Assembly (NCBI GenBank): GCA_020536535.1
Contig: JAHLWZ010000851.1
Span: forward strand, 11,134 to 75,133
From: Pelomyxa schiedti
Taxonomy: Eukaryota; Protista; Evosea
Reading direction: 5' to 3'
Length of the DNA: 64,000 nucleotides
How positions within the stretch are numbered: position 1 is the stretch's first letter; every line of letters begins with the position of its first letter. Shown in pieces: positions 1-14,208 of this stretch. The notes under the pieces were generated by a model. The model saw nothing but the letters and a program-made list of their open reading frames with translations, was not told where the DNA came from and ran no database searches. The position numbers and the translations under genes were made by a program.

Positions 1-186
1 CCACCAAGTGGGCCACTGGTTCAGAACGAGTTCCACGACAAAGTCCGAGTCCTGGGGCGAGCTGCAGCTCGCCGGGATCGTTCGCCACTCTTTCATATCA
101 ATGAAACACAGTCCCACTCTCGCCATTCCGACCAAAACAACAGCAACCGCCACAAGAACACCGACCAACGTGCACCCCCTCGCCAT
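1..186 (-). CDS. 5' part of a secreted or membrane protein, truncated by the window edge
   Basis: ATG at 186 opens MARGCTLVGVLVAVAVVLVGMARVGLCFIDMKEW..., with a hydrophobic signal-like N-terminus; the frame stays open to position 1. Confidence 0.5.
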   Translation of the reverse strand, partial: MARGCTLVGVLVAVAVVLVGMARVGLCFIDMKEWRTIPASCSSPQDSDFVVELVLNQWPTWW

Positions 187-255
187 TCCTGGGTTTTTTT
201 TTTTATGTGTTTGTATTTTTTTGTAGAAACAGGTTTTGATTGGCATCTTGGCATC

Positions 256-2708
256 TTAACTATTTTTTTTTGTTTGACAACTTACAGTGGCTAGTGGTTG
301 GAGGATCTTTGTTCCATTTTTGTTTTGATTTGGAGAAGAAGCTGGTCCCTTATAATTTGTTGGTTGGTTTCTATGTTGGTTGGGCTGTTTGAGCTGTGTT
401 TGTTTGTGTTGAAAAAGTATTTCAGTTGTGAGTGGGAAAAAATAATACTGGCGAGGGAGGGATAAGATGTTAGTTACCTCTGCAGAGTCTGGATATAGTC
501 CGCCATTGTGGAAGCTACTGATTCCTGCAGGCATTCCATCAAGTCACTGCTGGTGGTTCTTAAGGGTGGTCAGTCCAAGTGTAAGACTTAGAGGTAGTTT
601 GGGTTGGGGGCTATTTCACCTGATTGCCGTGGACATAGACAGATACAGCTCCTCAAGTTTGGCCCTGGCGTCGGCGTATTGCGCGATGGACTGTTGATGC
701 GACTCCGCTTGGTCCCATGATTCTTTTGTGCCGGCTTGCGCTGCTGCAATCCGCGCCGTGAGTTCCTCATGCTGGGTATGAGTCTCGGTGTACCGTGGGA
801 TGTTCGCGTGAACGGCGTTTCGCGTGGCGTTCAGTTGAGTGCGCAAATTTGCGTTGTCTTCCGTTTTCTGCTTGTTGTCGCCTTCCACCTTGAATCCATC
901 GTGAGGTAAGGAGAAATAAGTCAGCGAAAAGGGATGAATTTTGTGATGAAGTGGAAACCTGTTGGCAATGTCTAGAGAGCTCAGCCATTTCCCCGTCCCA
1001 GCTCATCCTTTGGTTCAGGAGTCTATAAAATTTCAGCCGTAAAAAAAAAAAAAAAAACCACAAAAAGGGAAGAAGCGTGTGCCTCGTAATTTCCTGTGTA
1101 AGGGAATTGACTTTCCGATCCAATTCCGGTTCCTCCTGCTGAAGCTGCTTATATTTGATTTCTTGGTTTCTAAGCACATCTTGGGTGCTAATTAGAATCT
1201 GCTCCAAGTTCACTTGCACTTGATCCTGTGTTGGAACTCAGTTGTGAGTCTTTGGTGCAGGGAACACACATTACTTCTATTTCCTTGCTCCAGCTCTTGC
1301 ATTTCCCTTTGTATTACTCTCAAATCGGCTTGCAATTGGTTCATCACCTCTAAATGATCATTCTCCTTTGTTACTGATTTAGCAACTTGCATAACTGCTG
1401 CAACCGTGGAAGTTTGAGGAACCTCTACAGTTGGCGTTGAAGTGGGGGCATCCTTAGGATTGGACGGAGATGGAGCTACAATGGCTTTTGGCTTATTATG
1501 ACTTGGTTCTGGTGACTTGGCTACATCCAAAGGCATAGAGTTGAATGGTTGTGACTCGGATGCCTGCGGAGCTTTTGTTATAGTTTGGGGTGCAGTGTCG
1601 GGTGCCTGTGGTGCTTTTGGTATGGTTTGGGGCGCAAGGAAGGGCCGAGTAACTTCTGGGAGGATGATAGCCGGACTAGGAGGTGCAAGGCTTCTTGGGG
1701 AAATAGTTTTTGCGGGAGTTGGGATTGGTATAGGGGTGGGGTAATTAATTTGGTTATTGTATACTAAAGTTTGGGCTTGATGTGAATTGCTAGGTGGGGT
1801 TTGAGAAGGTGAAGGAGTATAATAAGTTGGGGGTAGAGTCAAGGGTTTGGTTGTTCTCCAATCAAAGGGTGGCTGAGGGAGTACATTGTAGGGGGGCTTT
1901 ATTACGTCCGGAGGGGTTGGCAGATTGAAAATATCTGTGGCACCTGACTTTTGAGGCTGAGGGGGATACTGGGGTGTTACTGGTTGGACCGTGTAATTCT
2001 GGGGGAATGCAGGGTACTGAACAGGTTTTGGAGTTTGTGTGTAAAGTGTTGTAGAAGGTGGTAGTCTTGTGTAAACTTGGCCTTGTGAATAGGGACCTGA
2101 CACAGTGGGGATAACAGGAGGTGGAGGAAGTGAGTGCATAGGAGCAGAAGGCGGCATTGTGTTTGTTCTTATAGGTTGATATCCCGGTTGAAAATAAGGG
2201 GGGTAGTGCTGGGTGGGTGATGGTGTTGCCTGATTGAGTGCCTGTGGCGGCGGCAGCGGCTGCTGCGGCTGATGATGTGGAAACTGCATGGTCATGGGTG
2301 GCCCGCGATTCGGAGAGTTGATGGTGGTGGTGACCACATTTGGCAGTACAGGCGGCAATGCTCTAAGGTTAGAATACGGCTGTGGAGCCATAATAGTGGC
2401 AGAGTTCCTGCCTGAATTTATTAGACTGGAGTTGCTGAGCCCAAGTGGGTGGGCTGATTTCTTTTTTTTTTTTTGTGGGGGGAGGTGTTAATGACAGCAG
2501 GTCAAGGTAATAAAATCAATGAGAAGGTTGGGGTGTAGGATCAATCAATAGATACCGAGATCTCCAACACGCCGGCAGTGGAACAATGCTGTGGTTGCAT
2601 TGTGGCCAACGCAGACTTCCCGTTATTCCCGTAATTTACTGACCTTGACAGAGGATTTTCGCTTGCGTTTGTGCTTGGTGGCGGAGGAAAGGGCGTTGCA
2701 CGGCTCAT
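256..2708 (-). CDS. Hypothetical Pro/Gln-rich protein with C-terminal coiled coil (spliced; both ends approximate)
   Basis: 393-aa Pro-rich ORF 1210-2391 splices to coiled-coil exons (767-1219, 616-888). A probable first exon MSRATPFPPPP starts at 2708. Confidence 0.5.
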
Positions 2709-2922
2709 TTTCTTTTTTGTTTGGGGAAAAAAAACTCAAGTTGAGACGCTGCTGCGCCGAAAAAAAAAAAAAGTGGTAATTCAGAGGGTATCTGCCACTT
2801 GCGTCACCCCAATCATCAATGTAGCGCCAAGGGCGGAGGGCTCTGACCAGTCCAGGTGTGTCGATCTCCCCTAGGAGTCCGGAAAGGTCCAAGTTGGTGG
2901 CAGCAAACAGATCTGGACGAAA

Positions 2923-5900
2923 ATGGAACCAGTCAACAAGAGGGCTCGCACCCCGCGGTGGTCCTCGTCGTCGTCGGCGAACCCGCCGGCTCCTATTGCA
3001 GTCCCGAATCTTGCGGCCCTTCAGACCGCCGCCGCCCATCGCGCTCCGTCTCAGGACCAGAATCAGCAACACACGCAGGAGGTCACGAACGCAGCCGGCT
3101 GCGCGCAGGAGGGAAGGAGAGATGGTGGGCCCGCCGCCGAGGAAATTGATTCCCCGGCGCCTGAGTTGTCAACGGCGAGTTCGCGCACGACGGAAAGTAG
3201 TAGCAGTAGTAGTAGTACAAGAATAAGTGGGAGTGGGAAGATCTCTGCTGGCCCGGCGAGTGCCGTGACCACCGGGAGCGACATTGACGTGGATCTTTAT
3301 AGTAGACAGCTGTATGCCATTGGCGTGGAGGCACAGAAGAAGATGATGTCATCTCGGGTTGTGCTTGTGGGCTTCACTGCACTTGCTGCCGAAATAGGTT
3401 TTCCGCTCACCCTTTTATTGCCGGCAACAATCTAAACGGACCACCAGCAAAGAATTTGGTTCTTATGGGGGTGCAGGGAGTTACTCTGTACGATTCCGGT
3501 TGTGTGGAATTGGGGGACTTGTGCTCTAATGTATGCGAGCGGCATACGAAAACAGCATTTCATTAAAATCATTACCAGTTTCTGCTCACTGAGTCCGATA
3601 TTGGTCGAAAGCGGGGTCAGGTTTGTGCCCAGCGACTGGCTGATCTTAACAACTATGTCTCTGTTTCCTTCGTTGATAGTTCTTCAGAGACTCTAGAGTC
3701 GCTTCTTTCCAATCATCAGGTTTCCTTTCTCGTTCTTGTCTGTGTTGAGGGAAAATTTCACGGTCGTTATTTGACAGATAGTTGTGGCCACTGGATGTTT
3801 CTTGGCTGTAGCTCTGAAAATTAACAAGGTTTGTCGAGCTCATGGGATCAAATTTGTTTGGGCAGACACTCGTGCTTGCTTTTGTTTTGCATTCAACGAT
3901 TTTGGCCCGGGATTTGCTGTATCAGATAGAACTGGTGAACAACCACATTGTTACAACGTGGCACGGATTACTCAGGACAGTTGTGCAACCGTTTCGGTCA
4001 TTGAGGACCAGGTTGTGGAATTTGAAGAAGGGAGTGGAGCAGTATTTTCTGGAGTAGAAGGAATGGAAGAAATCAATTTTGATCCCATCAGAAATTCAAA
4101 GTCGTATGTCTGTAAAGTCACAGGTCTTTCTATGTTCCAAAGGAAGCCATCCAACATTTTATAGGCCTGCACGAGATACAAATTGGGGACACTAGTTCTT
4201 ACCACCCTTACAGCTCTGGTGGTTATATCTCCGAAGTTAAAAAACCTTCCGTGATGGATTTTGTGTGTCACTCTTCTGCACTTAGTGCCTAATAACTGAC
4301 TTCGTCGAAAAAGGATTCTCTTGAAGAATCCCTAAAATCACCACGTTTGATAGAGGTAGATTCTTCCAGGGCAACCAGAAATGCCCAACTTTTTTCTGCG
4401 TTCCGGGGCTTGTGGGATTGGGCTGACAGCCATGATGGAACACTTCCTGAATACTTTGACAAGGTCCGTTGCGCATGCAACGCTCTCTAACTTCACCATA
4501 TAGAGGCATGCCTCTGAAGTAGCAGAACATGCTAGAAAGTATCAACTTGCAGGAGTGGAAGTAATTCCTGAACTCAAGCTTTTGTTTAATATTAACACTT
4601 GACAGTTCAATGACGATCTCAGCTCCACACTTTCTCACATTTGCCGCGGTGAATTACCCCCACTTGTTACTTTTCTTGGTGGGGTTGTGTGCCAGGAAGT
4701 CATGAAAGCTTGCTCTGGAAAGTACTCACCGATCAATCAAGTAGCGTACCATATGTTATCAATCTTACTCTGATATAGTGGCTGCTTTACGATTGTGATG
4801 ATGTTCTTCCTGGAGGTGGAGATAAACCTTTTGAATTAAGTCCACACTGTCGGTATGAACGTCAGACAATGGTGCTAGGAAAAGAAGTTGTGCACGCAAT
4901 TTTAAATGCCAAGATGTTCCTCGTTGGTGCTGGTGCTATTGGCTGTGAAGTTTTAAAAACGTGGGCAATGATGGGTCTTGGTTGTGGCGATAATGGTATC
5001 TTTTTCTCACCTTACAAGTTATTACTTATCACCAATAGGAATTGTTCACTTAACTGACATGGATTTGATAACTAAATCCAATCTTAGCAGACAATTCTTA
5101 TTTCGGCCTTCAGATATAGATGTATAGTATGAACTAATTTTTTGTATGCTGACTCTCGTAAATCACAGAAGCTTAAATCTGAAGTTGCCGCCTCTGCAGC
5201 AGTGAAGATGAATGCGTCAATGAAGATCAAACCTTACTCCTCCCGAGTTGGTATTGAAACAGAAAGTATGTTATCAAGTTTTATTCTACTGGCAATTCTA
5301 AGGAAATCAAGGTACCTTTGATGAAGATTTCTACTCTAGCCTAATTGGTGTCTGCACGGCATTAGATAATGTTGCAGCACGTCTTTACATGGACTCTCAG
5401 TGTGTGTTATATGGGAAAGCACTCATCGATTCTGGAACTCTTGGAACGAAAGGAAACACCCAAGTTCGTTTTCTTTCCTTTTATTATCTTTTCGATTCAA
5501 AAGTGTCTAGGTTGTGGTGCCTCTCCTCACTGAATCTTATGCATCCTCTCATGATCCCCCTGAGAAAGGAATTCCGCTTTGCACATTGCATCACTTCCCA
5601 AATGTCATCGATCACACAATACAGTGGGCTCGTGATTACTTTGATGGCCTTTTTACTAAGGACCCTCTTGTTGTGCAATCATATCTCACACAGGCCTCTT
5701 ATTTAGATGTCAGATGTCCTAATACCTACATTTTTCACCTTACCTTTTCCCAGAATGTGGGGCACCAATCTCTCGCCTTGAAAAAAGAAACACTGGAAAC
5801 ACTGAAGACATTACTAGTTACACAAAGGACAAAGAACTTTGTACACTGTGTCAAATGGGCGCGGTTGCAGTTCAACCTGATGTTCACTGAAAATATCAAG

Positions 5901-7210
5901 AATCTTTTATACAATTTTCCTCCCGATTCCCTCACGAATACTGGAGGTAATCTGTCAAACATACCAATAATGATGCCTTCCATTAGTTCCATTCTGGCTT
6001 GCTCCGAAGAAATGCCCGGCACCCCTTGAATTTGACGTCAATGATTCCACTCATAGGGACTTCATCTTAGCAGCTGCAAATCTCCGCGCCTTCAATTTTG
6101 GCATTCCCTGTAAGTCCACAGCCCCACTTTCATATGTCTTACTGAATGTGTGTAAGCACAAAGCCTCACAAAAGGGGAGCTTTCCTCCATTGTTACCGAA
6201 GTCATTTTACCTGAGTGGCAGCCTTCAGGAACCATCAAGTTAGACAATACAGAAACTGGAGAAAGCCATACTGGTCAATCAGAGCCAACAAATTCTGTCG
6301 ATCCAGATTTTGATGCTGTTTGCACAACTCTGCAATCAGAAATACCACAACCTTCTGAGTTGAAGAGCCTAGCCGTTTTACCTTGCGAATTTGAGAAAGT
6401 ACTATGATTTCCATTTTCGTGGTATTCTTACCTCCTTAGGATGACGATGCCAATTTTCACATGGCATTTGTAACTGCAGCATCCAACTTAAGAGCGGCTA
6501 ACTACAAGATTCCTCCTGCCGATTTTCAACGGACCAAATTAATTGCAGGAAAGATCATTCCAGCCATGATATCCACAACTGCCGTTGTAAGCGGGTAAAG
6601 CACGCACTTACCTGTCTTCCGATCATGCTAACTCAATTGTTGTACAGATTGCAGTGCATTGAATTGATCAAGGTAATCGCTGGAGTCAAGTCCCTCGCCA
6701 AGTATCGGAATGCTTTTGTAAACCTTGCACTGCCATTCTTTGCTTTCAGTGAACCCCTGGCGGCACCACTAACAGAAGTGCGCAAGGGTTGGTCGTGGTC
6801 TATCTGGGAACATATTGACATTAGTGGACTCTCCAATTGCACCTTACTAGAGTTCCTGAATACAATGAAGGTACCCTTTCCCTTTGTGCTACTAGACACA
6901 TACCTTCCACCCTCTCACTTTGCATTGCAGGATAAATTCCAGTTAGATGTACAAATGGTCTCCCTTGGAAATGCCATGCTGTATTCTATGTTTGCCTCTA
7001 ACCGTGAAAAACTCGGAACCAAGTGCGTGTTCTACGGCCACCTTTGTGGTTGTGTTAATGCTTCCTTTCAGGATGACAGTTTTGTTTGATAAAATACTGG
7101 GACCAGACCCGGCCCGCAAATATGTAATTTTGGGGGTGTCCTGCACCAGGTTGGAGGACGACTTGGACGTTGACATCCCCCCAGTATTCTTCTACACCCA
7201 GGAGTCCTGA
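2923..7210 (+). CDS. UBA1: Ubiquitin-activating enzyme E1 (UBA1/UBA6 family), multi-exon
   Basis: Motifs [48 protein letters not shown], catalytic [20 protein letters not shown] and [11 protein letters not shown], plus a C-terminal UFD. Confidence 0.92.
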
Positions 7211-7318
7211 CCCCCTTTTTTAATCTTTCATTCACTACGACAAAAGAAATTAAAATCAAAAAAGCTCAAAATTTTTAATTTTTCTATTGGGTTTTTTTTT
7301 CCCAGCACCAAAATTCAG

Positions 7319-10300
7319 TTACTTACTCCGAGTCACTTGAACTGCCGCTGCCACTCCCACTCCCACTACCGCTTCCACTGCCACTGCCATTAGAACCACT
7401 GCCTGACCCACTCTTGGAACTTGATTCGGATTCGGAGCCTGAACTGGAATCCACATATTCAGCTGCAGAATCCTTGAGCTTTTCCTTGGGAGAGTTTGTG
7501 AGTTGTTTTGTTTGGGTTGGTTATTTTGTGTTGGGGCAAGGGACACACTTTTTCTTTTTCTGCTTTGGCTTTGGCGAGTCTTTTGGCGGCCTGTAGCAGT
7601 GTTAAATCTAACTGACAATTCCATCAGTACTTTACAACCTCAGGGTCATCACAACAAGTGGGGCACTGCCAATCCCCGGGTGGAATCCCAGCCAGGCCAA
7701 TGCATCTAATAGGTGTTAAAATGAAAACGAGGGAGGAAAAGATTAGTTACTTGATGTGGAACACTCGCGGGCATGTATCACAGCAAAGTAAGTTGCCACC
7801 TTTGCCGCAAATCTGGCACTCGCTATCCGATTTTTTATTCAATTCTTCCTCAATTTCTTTCTGGTGAATGAATGGTGAGTTAGAGTTCACACAGCTATTG
7901 CATACTCGGCAGGGTGGGCATCTCCAAGTAGAAGGAACCGCTTCGATGGGTGGAATTAAGCAAAATACGTGGTAGGTCGCTTCGCATCTGTCACACTTGA
8001 CCATTTTATCTTCATCACTGGATCGTCTGCAAGATTGGCAACGCTAAAACGGGTCAAGGTGAAGAGGATATTCCGTCAAGCATACTGTCATCCAAAGGCA
8101 GTTTGGTTCAAATTCCCTTAATTCTACAATAAGCTGCCCGGCTGTCTTTGCCTTTGCTAAGGCCTCACGCCATTCCTCTCGCACAGATCCTGAGAGCCAA
8201 TGCTTTCCTACAGATGATTTGGATTCACCGACACATGTCTCGAAGGTTTCCAATAGTGATGCGAGTTCCTTTATCGTTTCTGCATTGGTTACATGGTCTC
8301 GCCACTGTTTTCGAGCGCGGGTCAGTTTATCACTCTGTGACGTCTTCATTCAGTTAGGACAAACTGATGGTAATAAGAAATTCACAAACTTCGTCAGCAG
8401 AATCTTGATCTGGAATCATAGATGTAAAGAGTGCATTATCTTGCATGGCGTCACTTATTCGAAGAATTTGCTGTCTGCAAAGTGGAATGCAATTGCAGGG
8501 GAAAAGTTGTATTGGATTCTGTGGTGGGGGTTGTTCTTTGTGAATTGCAGGCATCCCTGTTGGAGTGAAAAAGGGAATTTTTTTGGGTGCAGCATCACCA
8601 GTAATTGTAATTAGATGAAATCTATGAGATGTTATTGCGGGTGAGAATCAACATCGTACAGATCGTCATCTGCCATTGCAGCCTTTAAGTGATTCAACTC
8701 ACGTTTCAACATAGTAGCTAAACCAGCTTCGTCTTTTGAGTTGAGGGATTTCATTAGGTCATCCAACTGTTATTTTGTTACACCTTCTAGCATAATAGAA
8801 CCCACCCCACTAATAGAAAGAAACCATTGTTGGTGATGTGTACATGAACCACTGGTGAATATTTGCCGCCCACTTTTCAACAAAAAGATACTTGGAATCG
8901 AAAATACGATACACGTTCTTCCTATGTTTTGTTAAATGGATTGACTGTACGATATACCATCTGTCATAGCCCACAAAATTCGCTCGTAGCATGCTGCTCA
9001 ACTTCTTCTCCAGTTGGGCTATGTGTACACTCTAACATTGTGACTTTAAGAGAAATACAATACTTAGAAAGAATACTTGCTCATCGGTGTGGGCTTTTTT
9101 TGGAGCGCCAGGAGATTTCTGCAATTGGTGGGATTTGATAGAATGTTAAGGAAAAGTGATTACAGCTTTGGGGTGCCTGTCCTTTCTTGCCTGGTCAACC
9201 ATCTGTGTCACATTTTCGATGGTAGTGCGGGCCGATTGCGAACGAGATGCACTATGGCATAAGAGGGCAACCGCAGGTACTCGCACTGAGGGACCTAAGC
9301 CACATCCATCTATTTCCTCAAGTTGTGCAGCTGCAGGCAATGCGCGACCACATAAAACTTTTGGTCCAAGTTCAGCCGCTGCAAGTTCGACAAACTGTGG
9401 CACTTAATTTGTGGAAATAAAGTGGATTTCTACTTGTCTTATTGATTCCCAGAGAGTGATTTGGTCTGGCTTCTCGGGAATTTCGTTGTACTTGTCACAG
9501 TTTAAACTCTCAGATGATTTTCTCTCCTCCAGTGCTATCTGTGAAAAATGAGAAAATTTTAGAACCTGGCTAGATCATGCCTCAAACAGGGTCCTAAGAA
9601 TTTGGAAGGACGATTCCAATACCTCTGTTTGTTTTTTTTTTTAAAAGAAAACAGGTTGTAAGTTGTAACTCTCCCATTTGGTTGCTACCTTTGGAAGTAG
9701 GAGGGCTCAATAATTTCAGTACGTCTACAAGAGTAAACTCTTGTTGAAGTAAGGAGGGTCTACAGAATATTTTTAAGGTACATCACAGAAGGAAATTCTT
9801 ACCCAAAGTTTGAAAGGAAATTCCAAATGAACAACACATCTCCCACCTCTATATCAATGGTAGCACTAGCTGTGTCATAAGCTACAATTTCAGGGGTACT
9901 TGGCCATGATGATGACTGTACTTCTGTGGACACAACAGCACTATTCTGGACTGGAAAGAAGTCTTTCATCTTAAACACTTTGGGTAATCTTGTTAACTAT
10001 ACCTGAAATTTTACTTTTGCCTGAAGAGTGCTGTTTTTTTTTTTTTTTGTTTGTTTGTTTGTTTGTTCATGTTAATGGTTAACGTGCATTGATAGGGAGA
10101 TACTCTCTTATCTGTATCACTTCCTACATCCTTGCTTTTATGTGAGTGGCTGTGCTTGTTACTAGTTGAGTCGCCATGTGTGTGTTTATGCTTGTGCTTA
10201 TGTTCATCAGCGTGGGTTTTTGAGTCCTCCGATATTTTAGGTTTTTTTGGTGAGTGGGTATCATACTTCAATGGTGAAGTGGAAGTGGTTGTTGAAGTGG

Positions 10301-12021
10301 TTGCTGTAGGTGGTGGTGGGTCTATTTTACGTTTGTGAGGAACACGAGGAACACTCACGGCAACATCACACAGCTTTGTGAAAGCTGCAAGTGATTGGGC
10401 AGAGCATTTGGCACAAAAACATGCACCTACATCCCCCATTAAGGAAATGCCTCCAACAGTGGAAAACATACTCCGACAGCAAGGGCAGTGCTTATCCTCA
10501 AGTGATTCTATTGTTTCTCCAAAGAGATTCTGGAGACACCTCTTACACCAGTAACTGAAGATGTCACATTGATTTATCAAGGAAGAAAAGAAATTACCGG
10601 GAACAGGAACCACACTTAGAACAGAGACGCTTTAGTAATTTACTTTCCTTCCGATCCACTAGCAAGCTGTGCCTGGGGACCAATCTTGGTTCGCTAGTTA
10701 GAGTATGGTAATCAAGTAGTACAAGTCGACTTGCAGATGTGACATGTCCTTCGTTGCCAGCGAGCTTCCATTGCTGTAAAAAGGTTGGATTAGCGGCAAA
10801 GGCCTACTGGATACCTTTCTCGAAATCTCTAGGGATCGAGTCTGCTTTAGCTTTCTAAGCTATATTACTAATATGATGAAGATAAGAAAGCAATACAAGT
10901 TGAGCAACAAGATCAGTGGAGTCTTGTGAATGGTCGAACTTTTGGGATATATGCCACAAGATAAACCTGGAACACGTCATAACATCATCTTCTGTTAAGC
11001 CCAACTAGAAAGAAATACTCAGAGAAAACGAAGACTGAGAATTACTTTACTACCTTGTCAGTCACTGCACTAAATGAGGAACAACCGGATGAGAGGAGAT
11101 TTTCCACATCGAGGGCTACACTCACTTTTCTAGATTTTCTTACTTAGCTGTTGGCAGTAGTTTAATTACTTCAAGTATAAAGAGAACAGCTGCTTGTAGA
11201 CAGGATGTGGGGTGCACAGAACGTAGTGATTTCCTTTTGATGAGTTGACATGTATTTGAACTGGGGTCTCTACAGTCATTAATTACAAAGAAATAATTGA
11301 TTATGTGACCTGAAGTTTTTACTTCATTTCGAAAACACAAGTTAGTCAAAAAATTCAGGAAGGAAGCATGGTACCGATTTTCAAGTTCTCAACAAGAAAA
11401 GTTGTCCTCTCTTTTATTCCTTGATTAACTAAACTTAACTAATACAGTGGGCTATACTACCAGTAGACTTTGGAGTGGACTGTATGATCCCTTTGAAAGT
11501 AAGACTCAAATGATGAAGTTGGGTAGATACCAGAACCCAGAATTTTCGCCTCCCAATCGAGAGGGCAGCACACACCAGTTCTGACTGATTTCCATTAAAT
11601 AATGTAATTACATATTTGGTGTGGCTTTACCTGCAAAAGCAAAACTGTCTAACTGCAGGAGCTGTGTATTGGTAGTACTGCTGGGAGCAACTTCAATCGT
11701 TTGAACTTTTTTTTTTTTTTTTTTTTTATCAATACAAGTTGCTGCTATTAACTATAATGCGATTGATACTATGCCCACCATCAAAGAGGTTGATGGTTTC
11801 TGCTTTTTCACCAACCGTATCAGCAACAATTCGAGGTTCCCCATCATCATCGTCAACATCAATCACCTCCTCCTGTAATCTCCAATGTAAGTTCTTTCAA
11901 AAAAAAAAAAAAAAAAAAAAAAACCACCGCCCCGGCTGTATCCAAAAGGAAAAACTACAAGACCAAAAAAAAAAAAAAAAAAAAAACCCAGTACCTCGTG
12001 TGTTGATGCGGTCGAAGCCAT
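7319..12021 (-). CDS. Large chromatin protein: Cys-rich zf-4CXXC-like region, DDT and WHIM/WSD-like motifs, C-terminal PHD fingers (BAZ/ACF1-like architecture)
   Basis: CKRCLQNLFGE...CPCCR...CFCAKC; DDT-like VGDVLFIWNFLSNF; FVGYDRW; PHD motifs KCDRCEATYHVFC and CQICGKGGNLLCCDTCPRVFH; Ser-rich tail. Confidence 0.7.
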
Positions 12022-12213
12022 GAGCGGCACTGAAAGAAGAATAAATTGAAAGGGTGGCGATCTGTTGGCTTTTTTTTTTTTATCGTAAACCAGTCAGTCA
12101 TGATTTGGGAGACATCTGGGGCGGGGGGCGCCATTTCCTACCAATAGCATTCGTCTTCGTTGTCACTTGTGAAGCGTGGCCGGGAGAAGTGGGGGAAGGA
12201 TTCAGCGCCGAGA

Positions 12214-12924
12214 TTAGAGCATTCTAAAAGTGCTGCCTTGCATGAGTTCTGTGTTTGGAAGAGTCAGTTGGAAGTTTGGTGGGGTGGGTGTGGTACATCT
12301 CTGCATTTGGTGCACAGTCCTGTCATTACGTGGAACATGCATGGGGGCATACAGGACTGCTGTATACAGGTAACATCCTATAGTTGCGTGGTCAAATAGT
12401 GGAATTATAATTTGTTTGAGCTTATTTTTTTGGTTTTCGTCCTACTATCCCACTTGAAAGAGGCGGGAAAATTACCATTGAGAGGCAGGTGATACAAGTG
12501 GGTGACAGTGCATGGGTAAAGTTTCTTGTAAGTGACTCATTGATACACTCCATATTTGAGCACACATGGAGAGCCAAATTCAGCTTGATGAAGAGTGGAT
12601 GAGTGATGCTAAACAAAGGCTTTCTAAACACACTGCTGAAGTAAAACCACCAGCATCCACCTTGAGCAGATATTCTGGGTTGTTTTCAAGGATTAATAAG
12701 ATTTAATTAAGAGGTAAAAAAAAAGATATAAAATAGAAAGGTGCTTTGGCCAAAACTTCACTACCTCGGTCCACTTCTGTGCATCCAATCCCCTTTCCAT
12801 TCGTTTCTCCCATAATGTCATTCTGCACCGGCACGGGCGTAGCCCCAATTCCCTCTTCTTCACAATTACTCCACGAAACCGCCACCAAAACCACAACCAA
12901 CACAGCCGCACATTGACTCTTCAT
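12214..12924 (-). CDS. Small hypothetical secreted protein (spliced)
   Basis: Signal-like start MKSQCAAVLVVVLVAVSWS followed by short coding-like exons (12422-12690, 12214-12400). Confidence 0.35.
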
Positions 12925-13118
12925 CTGGCTGAATAAAAAAAACACCAGACCGCCGATCCTGAGCGATGATAAGGAAAAGTACAGCGTTCCGGTTTGTTGA
13001 TTATTTTATCCAGCCATCTGGTGGGTGTTGTGTAATTCGTGCGAATTACAGGAAGCAAGCGAAATCACCAGTAGCCACTTCATCAAGCCACTGGCAGATC
13101 TGTTGCTAAGATAGAGAG

Positions 13119-13572
13119 ATGGCTACGTCCGTTGTGGTTGCTGTGCAGCAACAGGCCAACCAGCCTGGAGAATGGTTGATGGTTGAGCTTCAAGGTGCGT
13201 TGGAATTTGTTGGAGGCGGCGTCTCTGGTGCCGATTTGGAAGTGGCCGTGGCAACAATGACTTACTCTGTGGACCAAGTTAATATTTGTTCTTTATACTT
13301 TTAGCTGGGTTCGCGAGCGAAACTTTTTTTTTTTTTTGTTGGTGTTGTTTGGGGGAGGACTCACGTGGTGCAAAAAAATGACTCAGACAAAAGCGAGATT
13401 GATAATTGGGACTAATGTGCTGGAGGGAACAGTGCAACAACTTGCAAAGCCATTTGCCGTGATTCAGGCCTCAAAACAGACCTCGGCCACATGGGAAGTG
13501 CAGGCATTCATTAAAAAGAAAGTGCTGTTCAATACTCGCCCAAAGCACATTTTGGCACAAACCGGATCATAG
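13119..13572 (+). CDS. CTF8: Chromosome transmission fidelity protein 8
   Basis: EWLMVELQG ... ARLIIGTNVLEGTVQQLAKPFAVI ... IKKKVLFNTRPKHI matches the Ctf8 consensus; one intron. Confidence 0.85.
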
Positions 13573-14208
13573 CCAGTTCTCACTTCCTCAAAGAAGGAAC
13601 CGAAACTTGGATATTTTCAGTATCATGCACTTGTACCCTTATCTCTGAACGCTAACAATTTGCCAGAGCATGGAGAAATTCTCTAATGTAAAGCTGTGTC
13701 ACCCAATGCCATTGCTAAGCTTGTTTGACAAAAAATGCTCGACATACCACAAAGAGGTAGGCCAAACCTCAATTCCATTCAAAAAGGGAGAAAACATTTT
13801 CTACCTTCCAACCACGTATTCCGAACACTTTTGATTTCGGTTCGTCTCCCTCCAAGAACTACTCGGCATAAGGAAATGTAATTTTTTTTTGTTAGCGAAA
13901 GTGAACTTTGGGACTTTCTATCTTGGAAGTGCAGATGATCCCAGAACGGGTCACACCATTTTGCATTTGTTGAAAAGTCGCATTTTTCATCGCCGAGCAC
14001 TTCAACATCAAAGTTGACCGTCAGAGAAAAAACAAATAAAAGCGACCAACCAAGGATCAATGCTCAAAAAACATTTCGCGCTGGAGGGCCGTACCAGGGA
14101 AAATCACTCTAAATTCAATCGTTTCCCTGGAAAACGAAACCACTATCAAAAATTAAACCACAACAACAACAATTGTCCCCCTTGTCTACCAAACAATCAA
14201 TACCGAAA

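Noticed and set aside
2923-7210. Functional clustering of the E1 gene with the U-box gene
   Set aside because: They are about 37 kb apart with unrelated housekeeping genes between them; there is no reason to infer linkage.
11700-11990. Long poly-A and poly-T tracts
   Set aside because: Common intronic and intergenic homopolymers throughout this window; no target-site duplications or retroelement ORFs.
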